In this document: positions 1 through 6,792 of the stretch, in pieces
Layout: every line of letters begins with the position of its first letter
How positions within the stretch are numbered: the first letter of the stretch is position 1
IMG/VR virus record: IMGVR_UViG_3300025294_000002
Reading direction: 5' to 3' (one strand)
DNA: 41,691 nt
Source: a virus
Program-made: the position numbers and the translations under genes
Notes under the pieces: generated by a model
Databases searched by the model: none
What the model was told of the DNA's origin: nothing
The model's input: only the letters and a program-made list of their open reading frames with translations

Positions 1-44
1 CGCCGGCGGGGAAGCCGACCCGGGATTCCGGGGCCGCGCCCCCC
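1..44. repeat. Terminal direct repeat, copy 1 (identical to 41648-41691)
   Basis: cgccggcggggaagccgacccgggattccggggccgcgcccccc is present at both window ends. Read as circular-assembly overlap or terminal redundancy. Confidence 0.95.
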
Positions 45-423
45 GCCCCGCCCCGCCCCCGTGACCCGCCCCCAGAGCGACAGGGGCCTTCGTACGCGTG
101 TTCTTCATCGAGCCTCCGACAGGTGGATGCCAGTGGTGACCAGGCGCGAGCGGGACGCCGTGGACGTCGCACCCGACCACGCCCGACCCGCCACCCTTCG
201 AGCGGTGGCGCAGCGCATCGCAGTCGACGCAGAGCGTCCGCAGGTTGCTCTCGACCAGAGCGAGATCCGGACGCTCGCGCCGCTCGATGATGTGGTCGAC
301 ACGCGACGCACCCTTCGCACGCACCGAGCGCCTGCACTTCGTGCAGCGGTAGCCATCACGGATCAGGACGCGACGCCGCAGATCCTTCCACTCCTGCGAG
401 CCATAGAAGGGATCGCCAGGCAC
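1..423 (-). CDS. HNH endonuclease, N-terminal 141 codons; ORF exits at position 1 and resumes at 41647
   Basis: GTG at 423. Hand translation: PGDPFYGSQEWKDLRRRVLIRDGYRCTKCRRSVRAKGASRVDHIIERRERPDLALVESNLRTLCVDCDALRHRSKGG..GCDVHGVPLAPGHHW (HNH DH..N..H pattern). Absent from the ORF track because there is no stop before the window edge. Confidence 0.85.
   Translation of the reverse strand, partial: MPGDPFYGSQEWKDLRRRVLIRDGYRCTKCRRSVRAKGASRVDHIIERRERPDLALVESNLRTLCVDCDALRHRSKGGGSGVVGCDVHGVPLAPGHHWHPPVGGSMKNTRTKAPVALGAGHGGGAGRGARPRNPGSASPPA
39..73. repeat. C-tract / (CCCCG)n low-complexity block (G-runs on the minus strand)
   Basis: Runs read as C6 g C4 g C4 g C5 gtga C3 g C5. The minus strand carries 6 or more G-runs of 3 or more, a G-quadruplex-capable arrangement. 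It lies inside the HNH ORF tail next to the genome junction. Confidence 0.85.
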
Positions 424-426
424 GGC

Positions 427-705
427 CTACGCCTCGATGCATTCGCTGCTCTCGTCACCGGGCGGGACGGGAGCAGGACCGGGATCGATCACGGGCACAC
501 CGGGTGCCTCATCGGTGATCGCATCGCCGAACAGCGTGTGCAGCTCCACCGTGGTGCGCCACAGGCCGGTGCCGGTGACCGCCTCGGTGCGGATGGAGAT
601 CACGCCCGGGACAGGCGTGCCATCGGGCAGGCGCAGCTCGCTACCCTGCGTGACGGGGAAGCCAGAGCGAATGCGCTGGTGGATCGTGCAGAGCTGCATG
701 GTCAT
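427..705 (-). CDS. Hypothetical protein (92 aa)
   Basis: ORF track entry with protein-like composition. ATGA overlap with the upstream stop at 702; ends 3 nt before the HNH GTG. Confidence 0.7.
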   Translation of the reverse strand: MTMQLCTIHQRIRSGFPVTQGSELRLPDGTPVPGVISIRTEAVTGTGLWRTTVELHTLFGDAITDEAPGVPVIDPGPAPVPPGDESSECIEA

Positions 706-893
706 CCATCCCGGTGGAAACGCGTGCGCTTCTTCTTCCGCTTCCCCGCTTCGAGTTCCGACTTCACGGGCGCGCGCGCGTCATAGACCTTCTGCGTGCG
801 CTCGCCCTTCATCGGTCGCGGGAACCCATTTCGATTCGGCCCGGGCTTACGCCGCTGCACGTTGTTGCGCGTGCCCGAATACTCGTGCGACAT
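702..893 (-). CDS. Small highly basic protein (about 63 aa; start could be 899)
   Basis: ORF 702-953 trimmed to the ATG preceded by AGGTGG. Lys/Arg-rich C-terminus KRKKKRTRFHRDG. Confidence 0.55.
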   Translation of the reverse strand: MSHEYSGTRNNVQRRKPGPNRNGFPRPMKGERTQKVYDARAPVKSELEAGKRKKKRTRFHRDG

Positions 894-961
894 CACCATC
901 ACCACCTGCTGCTGCGGTGTTGCCAGTAACGCGCCGCAGCGCGCGCGATTCAATCCGGGCG

Positions 962-1141
962 TCAGGCCCGATCACCGCAGCAAAGTGGTACGCATTCCTC
1001 GTCGAAGTCCTGAGTGGACAGCTCCAGCACACGCCTGTTGCCGTGGCTGCATCGGACCAGAACCTCCAGCTCGCCATACGCAGGATCGAGCGTGCGGCTG
1101 CTGTACTGAATCAATACGTCGCGGAGTTGATCAAGCGTCAT
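962..1141 (-). CDS. Small protein, paralog 3 of the MTLxxLR family (59 aa)
   Basis: Hand-translated: MTLDQLRDVLIQYSSRTLDPAYGELEVLVRCSHGNRRVLELSTQDFDEECVPLCCGDRA. GAGAGGA SD 4 nt upstream. Below the ORF-track size cutoff. Confidence 0.6.
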   Translation of the reverse strand: MTLDQLRDVLIQYSSRTLDPAYGELEVLVRCSHGNRRVLELSTQDFDEECVPLCCGDRA

Positions 1142-1171
1142 GTTGTCCTCTCATCCGGGCGTGGCGCCCGA

Positions 1172-1375
1172 TTAGGTTTCGCGTGGAACACCGATGCCGG
1201 CCAGACACCAATCGCCCAGCACGAGCGGCACGTACCTCACACCAGACGCGCGCACGTCGACCGGGCCAGCGGTCCCGCCAGGCGTCACCAGCAGCACCTC
1301 CATCGAGGCGAGCGTCGGATCGAGCGGCAGGCCCTCGTGGAACTCCAGCAGCGCGCGCAGCTCCTGCAGGGTCAT
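1172..1375 (-). CDS. Small protein, paralog 2 (67 aa)
   Basis: Internal ATG of ORF 1172-1699: MTLQELRALLEFHEGLPLDPTLASMEVLLV... ATGA overlap with the stop of 1372-1590. Confidence 0.65.
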   Translation of the reverse strand: MTLQELRALLEFHEGLPLDPTLASMEVLLVTPGGTAGPVDVRASGVRYVPLVLGDWCLAGIGVPRET

Positions 1376-1590
1376 CCCGTCACCGAGACGCACCGCGTCG
1401 TCATCTGCGCGGCAGGCTCGCGCGTTACGTCGTATCCGGTGACGGGCTCGCCGAACGGGTGTGCGATCAGCACCGAGCGAACCCACGGGTCGGTGAACTT
1501 CTGGCAGCGCTCGTCGTACCGGACGACAGGAACGTCGCCGTGTGCGCGCTGCAGGATCTGCAGCTCCTCGATCAGTTGCGAGATCAGCAT
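1372..1590 (-). CDS. Small protein, paralog 1 (72 aa)
   Basis: ORF track: MLISQLIEELQILQRAHGDVPVVRYDE... GGAGG SD directly after the terminator. Confidence 0.65.
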   Translation of the reverse strand: MLISQLIEELQILQRAHGDVPVVRYDERCQKFTDPWVRSVLIAHPFGEPVTGYDVTREPAAQMTTRCVSVTG

Positions 1591-1602
1591 GCGGACCTCC
1601 GG

Positions 1603-1643
1603 AAAAAGGTGAGGCCGACCACCAGGGGGTGATGGCCGGCCTC
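1603..1643 (-). terminator. Rho-independent terminator ending the exported-protein cassette
   Basis: Minus strand reads GAGGCCGGC-catcaccccctggtg-GTCGGCCTC followed by ACCTTTTTCC. Confidence 0.7.
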
Positions 1644-1748
1644 TGCACCGCAGGCGATGGGGGTCGCCCGGTGCGGCGGCGTTGACGTAGCCGCGTCACG
1701 ACCGCGAGGGGATAGCCCCGGAGGATCGGAACAACGGGGCCTTCGCGA

Positions 1749-2135
1749 TTACGGGCCGGCGAACAGCCACACGCCGAGGAACTGGTTCACGGCCTGACCC
1801 TGGCCGACCTGCTGCGCTACGTTGGCGTTGCCGGACAGCGCGCCACCGAGCGCGAACGCGCCACCACCCTGCGAGGTGTTGCCGGTCGAGCCGGACGCGG
1901 TCCACTGGTTGTTGTTGGTGAAGCCGCCGGTTGCGAACGAAGCGTTGTCGGCGTGCGCGCCGCTCGCCTGCCCGGTGATACCGGCGATGGCAGCGACGGA
2001 ACCGCCCTGCGACTGCGAGCCGACCTGCGACTGCGAACCGGCCTGACCTGCGCCGATGGCGATGCCGAGATCCAGCGCGAAGGCGGGCGACACGGCCAGT
2101 GCCAGCACCAGGCCGGCGATGATCTTGCGGAACAT
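1749..2135 (-). CDS. Secreted Gly/Ser/Gln/Asn-rich protein (128 aa)
   Basis: Signal peptide MFRKIIAGLVLALAVSPAFA. Low-complexity GSQSQVGSQSQGGS and GGGAFALGGALSGNANVAQQVGQGQ. Strong SD GAAGGAGAGA. Confidence 0.8.
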   Translation of the reverse strand: MFRKIIAGLVLALAVSPAFALDLGIAIGAGQAGSQSQVGSQSQGGSVAAIAGITGQASGAHADNASFATGGFTNNNQWTASGSTGNTSQGGGAFALGGALSGNANVAQQVGQGQAVNQFLGVWLFAGP

Positions 2136-2203
2136 GACTCTCTCCTTCGGGGCGAATGGGTTGCCGGCATGCGCGCGCCCCTTGGACGCGGATGCCGATG
2201 TGC

Positions 2204-2428
2204 TTACTTCGTGCGACGGGGTTCGTCCGACTCGTCCACCGGCTGCCGGTGCTGCGCAGCGCGCGCGACGGCGTCCAGGAGGCGGTCAGTGCTGGTCGGC
2301 GAATGTCCGCTGTGGGTCTGCGGTTGTGGCGCGGCGTCGGCCGGCTGTGCGACCGGTGCCGACGGTGCCGGCTGCGGTGCATTCGCCGGCACGGCAAGCG
2401 CCAGTGCGAGCGCGATGGTCGTGATCAT
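2204..2428 (-). CDS. Small secreted Pro/Ala/Gln-rich protein (74 aa)
   Basis: Internal ATG of ORF 2204-2902. Signal peptide MITTIALALALAVPANA. ATGA overlap with the stop at 2425. Confidence 0.65.
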   Translation of the reverse strand: MITTIALALALAVPANAPQPAPSAPVAQPADAAPQPQTHSGHSPTSTDRLLDAVARAAQHRQPVDESDEPRRTK

Positions 2429-2628
2429 GTCGGCTGCCCTCTCACTTTCCGACGGAACCAGATGAACAGCACGCCACCGAGACGGCCCGCGTTGTCCAGC
2501 TCCCACTCCGTGAACTTCACGCCGCGACGCTCCAGCCGGTCGAGCAGAACGGTGTCGAGAATCGCGACGACGACGATCAGCGCCAGTACGCAGATGCAGG
2601 TCGAGAAAACCCAAAAGTCGACCATCAC
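2425..2628 (-). CDS. Small membrane protein (67 aa)
   Basis: N-terminal TM segment FWVFSTCICVLALIVVVAIL. GTGATG start overlaps the stop of the upstream gene. Confidence 0.65.
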   Translation of the reverse strand: MMVDFWVFSTCICVLALIVVVAILDTVLLDRLERRGVKFTEWELDNAGRLGGVLFIWFRRKVRGQPT

Positions 2629-3437
2629 GGGCTCGGGCGGACCGCCTCGAACGTGGCGGAGCGACCGTCGCTACCGGTGATCGTGGCGTGGTCGCCGGCC
2701 GGACGGTCCAGCGAGCCACGCGGTGTGCGTGGCTGGTACTCCGACGGCTGGACGGTCGGCTCTGCCTTCGGCTGCGGGCGCGGCTCCACCTGCGGAGGAT
2801 CACGCGGGAGCGCGTCGTGCGGCAGCGTGTCGTGCGACAGCGCACCTTCGCCCAGCAGGCCGATCTGCTCGCACGCCTCGGCGGTGAGCGAGGTGACCGC
2901 ATCGTTGCCGGCCATGCAGATCTCCCACGTCTGCATCGCGATCAGCTTGCCGGCCATATCGGTGAGGCCGGCGGAGTACGCGTTCGCGGCGGCGACGCCG
3001 AACTTCTCCGCGCGACGCAGCGCCTGACAGTTGCCGTCCATCTTCGGGATGGCAGCACCGAGCGACAGGCCGAAGCCGGATGCGCCGGCAGATGCGGTGC
3101 CACCGCAGTAGTCGCTGGAGAACGAAACGCTCGCGGCCAGCGGCACGCTCGCGTTGGTCTTGAACTTCTGGGTGGTCTTGTGCGGGATCGCAGCGGCTTC
3201 GAAGTTGAGCATCGTCGCCTGGACGTTGCCCTGCTCCGAGGATTGGTTCGAATTCGCGGACGCGCCGGACACGCTGGACGAATCCGAATTCGCGCCCGAG
3301 ATGGCGGTGGAGTCGAGATCGATCGTCTGCGCATTGGCGGACGGAATGCCGTACAGGATGACCACCGTGGCGACGATGGCACCCAGCAGGAAAGCGATGA
3401 CGCGCTCGGACCAGCGCGCGACCTTGAGCGGTTCCAT
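2625..3437 (-). CDS. Exported or membrane-anchored protein (270 aa)
   Basis: ORF 2625-3476 trimmed to the ATG with a GGGGAG SD. TM/signal anchor VIAFLLGAIVATVVILYGIPSANA, then a Ser/Asn-rich stretch, a 4-Cys region and a Pro-rich tail. Confidence 0.75.
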   Translation of the reverse strand: MEPLKVARWSERVIAFLLGAIVATVVILYGIPSANAQTIDLDSTAISGANSDSSSVSGASANSNQSSEQGNVQATMLNFEAAAIPHKTTQKFKTNASVPLAASVSFSSDYCGGTASAGASGFGLSLGAAIPKMDGNCQALRRAEKFGVAAANAYSAGLTDMAGKLIAMQTWEICMAGNDAVTSLTAEACEQIGLLGEGALSHDTLPHDALPRDPPQVEPRPQPKAEPTVQPSEYQPRTPRGSLDRPAGDHATITGSDGRSATFEAVRPSP

Positions 3438-3606
3438 GAGGTTCTCCCCAGCGAAAAGTGTGACTGCGGTGTGCATGCGGATTTAACGCCGACAGGCATG
3501 GGGAGCGGCATACCGCTCGTGCGTAAGTTGAGGTTTACCGAGCGCGTGCAGCACGGGGAAATCAGCGTCACCACCGTCATCAGTGCGTCAGCGCCTGTCA
3601 GCGGCG

Positions 3607-3921
3607 TCATGCCGGCCTCGCGACCGCAGCGCGCCACGCGGTGACCAGCGCGATGACGTCATCAACGCAGGTGACGACGTACACGCGACCACCGCGCCAG
3701 TCACGCGCGAATGCGCTCTGCTCGATGTTGAGCCCAGCCCGACCGTAGCGGCTGTCGGGGTTCTTGATCTCAACCAGGTACGTCTGCCCCATGCATCCGA
3801 CGACAAGGTCGGGGAAACCGGAAACGCCTGCCAGCGCGAGATCCGCTATCGAGCATCCCAATCTCAGGAACGCGGCTGCAATCGCCGCGTGGTTCGTGTC
3901 CCGGCTTCCCCGGTGATTCAT
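3607..3921 (-). CDS. PD-(D/E)xK / VRR-NUC-like nuclease (104 aa)
   Basis: Motif GFPDLVVGCMGQTYLVEIKNP. ATGA overlap with the upstream stop at 3918. Confidence 0.7.
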   Translation of the reverse strand: MNHRGSRDTNHAAIAAAFLRLGCSIADLALAGVSGFPDLVVGCMGQTYLVEIKNPDSRYGRAGLNIEQSAFARDWRGGRVYVVTCVDDVIALVTAWRAAVARPA

Positions 3922-4172
3922 TCGACCGGATTCGCGGCCCGCAGGCGCGGTGGGCAGAGCAGGTGCGGCGGGATGTTGTATCCCAGCGTCGGCCGCGTGT
4001 GGAACATGCAATGCACCACGCCCTTCGGGATCGAGTGGCTGACCGGCACGATGAACTCGAAGCCGATGGTCTCGTCGATCTCGCGCTCCATCATGCCGCG
4101 CGTCACTTCGTAGCGCAGTTCTTCCAGCAGGCGCTCGATCCGCTCGCGGCGGTAGTTCGGGGAATCACTCAT
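3918..4172 (-). CDS. Hypothetical protein (84 aa)
   Basis: ORF track entry with natural composition, in the operon frame chain. Confidence 0.65.
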   Translation of the reverse strand: MSDSPNYRRERIERLLEELRYEVTRGMMEREIDETIGFEFIVPVSHSIPKGVVHCMFHTRPTLGYNIPPHLLCPPRLRAANPVE

Positions 4173-4509
4173 CGCCGTAGCGCTCCACGCAGTTGTCGCA
4201 GACCCATGCGTTCGCGAGCGCGTCGTAGTACGCCTGCGCGGGCGGCACGACTTCGCCGCAGCACCCGCACATCGTCAGCTCGGAGGTGGCCTCCCGCTGC
4301 TCGTCGCGAATCCGGTCAAGCTCGGCGACCAGCGCGTCGACCGCCTCCTGCGCCGTCGCGCCGTATGCGAACAGGCGGGAGTCGTCGCGCTCGTTCTTCG
4401 TGTAGACAACCCGCGCGCGGAACGGCAGCGGCCAATCGGTGCCGTAGCGCCGGTAGTCGATGGTGAAGCCGTGCGCTCCGGGCGGGAGCTTGGACAGGTC
4501 GACAGTCAC
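4165..4509 (-). CDS. Hypothetical protein with C-terminal Cys cluster (114 aa)
   Basis: MCGCCGEVV...VCDNCVERYG, zinc-ribbon-like. GTGA overlap at 4506-4509. Confidence 0.7.
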   Translation of the reverse strand: MTVDLSKLPPGAHGFTIDYRRYGTDWPLPFRARVVYTKNERDDSRLFAYGATAQEAVDALVAELDRIRDEQREATSELTMCGCCGEVVPPAQAYYDALANAWVCDNCVERYGDE

Positions 4510-4844
4510 GGCCGCGAGCGCCAGTCGCGATCGAGCGCGGCGATGGCCGGCTGCACCTCGTCGATGCCGATCACGTAGACCGCCAGGCGATGCTCGATCA
4601 GCCCGTCCTTGTTGATGTACTGCTGCATGTGGCGTTCGAGGATCTTCGTGACGCCCGAGCGCATCAGCTCATCGCAGACGTGGCGCGTGACCGCGTCGGG
4701 GTCGACGGCATCGCGCAGATCCTCGGCATCCGTGACCACGCGACCCATCAGCAGGATCGAGTGACCATTGACGCAGGTGGGTGGCGGCAGCTCGTGCATC
4801 GGCACGCCGATGACCGGCGGCTGGGATTCGTTTCCGGTGTTCAT
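4506..4844 (-). CDS. Hypothetical protein (112 aa)
   Basis: Internal ATG of ORF 4506-5120 (MNTGNESQPP...). ATGA overlap at 4841-4844. Confidence 0.65.
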   Translation of the reverse strand: MNTGNESQPPVIGVPMHELPPPTCVNGHSILLMGRVVTDAEDLRDAVDPDAVTRHVCDELMRSGVTKILERHMQQYINKDGLIEHRLAVYVIGIDEVQPAIAALDRDWRSRP

Positions 4845-5014
4845 TGGGCCTCCTCGGGGGATTGTAGTTGCTTCGCGTACTCGATCAGGCGAACAGCGAG
4901 ATACCAGCGACCGTCCGCAGCAGCGTTCGGGGCGATGGAACGCACGAAGCGCAGCAGGTCGTCGCCGCTCAATCGCAGCAGCGCGCGGGCGAGCGCCTGT
5001 TCGCGGGTGGTCAT
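4841..5014 (-). CDS. Hypothetical small protein (57 aa)
   Basis: Internal ATG of ORF 4841-5179 (MTTREQALARALL...). ATGA overlap at 5011-5014. Confidence 0.55.
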   Translation of the reverse strand: MTTREQALARALLRLSGDDLLRFVRSIAPNAAADGRWYLAVRLIEYAKQLQSPEEAQ

Positions 5015-5412
5015 TCCAGATCCTTGTGACCGGCGCGCAGTGTGGCTTGGCGTGCCTTCTCTTCCAGCGCGCGCGCCACGCTTCGGTCTGCGGTGCGGCG
5101 CACGCGCTTGTGGTGAGCAAGCCTTGCCTTGGAAGTCGACTTCTTCGCCGACATGCGAGGCGCGACCAGATCCGCCCAATGCGACTCGTAGTGGTTCAGG
5201 CGCGCGACCAGGCAGGAGTTGGTGATCTCCGGTGGCACACGGTCGCGCACCTCCGCCCAGCGGTACTTCTGCCCATCGATCAGGTACAGGCGGTCATTCG
5301 CGCGCATGCCCGGGCGAGCGGCGACATCCTCGGCACGCTGCGCATCGAGCTTCGCCGCCGTGCGCGAGATCAGGCGCTCGCTATCGGGGCACATGCCGGT
5401 GAACTGCTTCAC
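5011..5412 (-). CDS. Hypothetical protein, possible DNA-binding (133 aa)
   Basis: ORF track entry with basic C-terminus. 4-nt overlap with the upstream stop at 5409. Confidence 0.7.
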   Translation of the reverse strand: MKQFTGMCPDSERLISRTAAKLDAQRAEDVAARPGMRANDRLYLIDGQKYRWAEVRDRVPPEITNSCLVARLNHYESHWADLVAPRMSAKKSTSKARLAHHKRVRRTADRSVARALEEKARQATLRAGHKDLE

Positions 5413-5795
5413 GGCGTCGCCTCCATCTTCGGGTGCTTGACGCGAGGCGGACGAAGCGCGCGGTCGACCATCGTCAGGCAGCTCTGCAGATCGCTGCGCA
5501 GGATCGCCATCGACCTCGCGTTTCGCGCATCGGTGTACTCGCCGGTGTTGTCCTCGATCATCTCGCGCACCAGGCGCGTCAGCGGCACCCGATAGTTCAG
5601 ATCATCCGTATCAGTCGCCGTGAGCGGCAGCGATGCGCTGAAAACGACATGCTTGCCGTGAAGAAACATCATCAGCATGACGTCGTCCTCCACGGACTCT
5701 CGCAGCAAGTCCTCACACCACGCCAGAACGTCGGCTTCGAGCGGCGAGCTGCCCCAATCGCGAATGCGGAACGTGCCAACCGGCTTAACGAACAT
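5409..5795 (-). CDS. Hypothetical protein (128 aa)
   Basis: Internal ATG of ORF 5409-5858 (MFVKPVGTFRIRDW...). Confidence 0.65.
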   Translation of the reverse strand: MFVKPVGTFRIRDWGSSPLEADVLAWCEDLLRESVEDDVMLMMFLHGKHVVFSASLPLTATDTDDLNYRVPLTRLVREMIEDNTGEYTDARNARSMAILRSDLQSCLTMVDRALRPPRVKHPKMEATP

Positions 5796-6087
5796 GGTCG
5801 GCCTCCTCGCCAGCGAGCGCGAGGCGCGCCAGCTCCTGCTCGCCGAGGTACTCGGCATACTCCTCGTCCGACACCGGGCAGATCGAGATCAGATCCCACG
5901 CGTCGACGTCGGTCATCACCGTGCTGTAGTTGCGCGTGCGAAAGCCGAGCGCGAAACAGAAGTCCGGGTTCTTCGGCAACGCGCTGACGTCGACTTCGAG
6001 AAACCCGACCACGCGCTCGTGATCCCAGTCGATGATCACCGGCACGCGCACGCGCTCGGCCACCGTCTGCAACGTGTCCCCGCTCAT
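5785..6087 (-). CDS. Hypothetical protein (100 aa)
   Basis: Internal ATG of ORF 5785-6213 (MSGDTLQTVAERV...). Confidence 0.65.
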   Translation of the reverse strand: MSGDTLQTVAERVRVPVIIDWDHERVVGFLEVDVSALPKNPDFCFALGFRTRNYSTVMTDVDAWDLISICPVSDEEYAEYLGEQELARLALAGEEADHVR

Positions 6088-6263
6088 GCGCGCGCTCCGA
6101 GGATCAGGCCGAACACAAACAGGATCACCAGCGCCCACGCGAGCGTGGCGATGATCAGCAGCCCAGACTTCCACCATCGGAAATGCGGCGTGGTGCGCTC
6201 GATCGAGTCGCACACGGCACGGCTCAACGCCTCTTCGATTTCACGGTCGGTCAACGTCCTCAC
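6084..6263 (-). CDS. Small C-terminally TM-anchored protein (59 aa, GTG start)
   Basis: Hand-translated: VRTLTDREIEEALSRAVCDSIERTTPHFRWWKSGLLIIATLAWALVILFVFGLILGARA. Its TGA overlaps the ATG at 6087. Confidence 0.45.
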   Translation of the reverse strand: MRTLTDREIEEALSRAVCDSIERTTPHFRWWKSGLLIIATLAWALVILFVFGLILGARA

Positions 6264-6792
6264 GGGCCACCTCCTCGGGTTGGTTTTCCGGCCAGTTCGC
6301 CGGGTCCAGCGGGTCGCGTTCTACTTCGTCCAAGTGCGCACCGGCCGCCGCAGCGCGCGCATCGTGGTAGTGGGTCGGTCCCGGGCGACGCGGGAACGAA
6401 TGACTCATGGCCGCGTAGAACGGCTGCGAGCGGATTGCCCATCCGTCGACGTCCTCGAACATCGACTTGATCTCGGCAATGCACTTGAGCGCATGCGGCG
6501 TCGGCTCGCGCGGGCCTTGCGGGCGCGGCAGGCGCTGCTGCTTCGTGGGTGGCAGCGCGACTAGGAAATCACGCGGCGTCGGCCAGCGGATCGAATCGCG
6601 CCCCAGCCGGAGGAACGCTTCGCGGATGCGGTCGGTGTCGCGTTCCGGCGACCACGAACGCTCGAACGTGAGCGACGCCCACCATTCGCGCGCGGTCATC
6701 ACCACCGAGTCGTGCGGCGGCGAGCGATCGAGGCAGAGCGTCATCAGCGACGCCAGCCCGGTCCGCAATTCGGCCTCGAACCAATCGCTCAT
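6241..6792 (-). CDS. Replication-module protein of unknown role (183 aa)
   Basis: Internal ATG of ORF 6241-6990 (MSDWFEAELRTG...). ATGA overlap at 6789-6792, directly downstream of the initiator gene. Confidence 0.7.
   Translation of the reverse strand: MSDWFEAELRTGLASLMTLCLDRSPPHDSVVMTAREWWASLTFERSWSPERDTDRIREAFLRLGRDSIRWPTPRDFLVALPPTKQQRLPRPQGPREPTPHALKCIAEIKSMFEDVDGWAIRSQPFYAAMSHSFPRRPGPTHYHDARAAAAGAHLDEVERDPLDPANWPENQPEEVAREDVDRP

Noticed and set aside
1-44. The 44-bp terminal repeats as attL/attR of an integrated prophage
   Set aside because: The integrase and attP-like site are in the middle of the window, no host genes flank the ends, and an ORF with proper start/stop coupling is continuous across the junction. 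This fits a circularly permuted phage genome instead.
1749-2135. Calling the Gly/Gln/Asn-rich protein a curlin (CsgA/CsgB) homolog
   Set aside because: Only one weak curlin-like string is present. There is no set of 4-5 regular repeats and there are no csgEFG-like partners. It is reported as a compositional oddity only.
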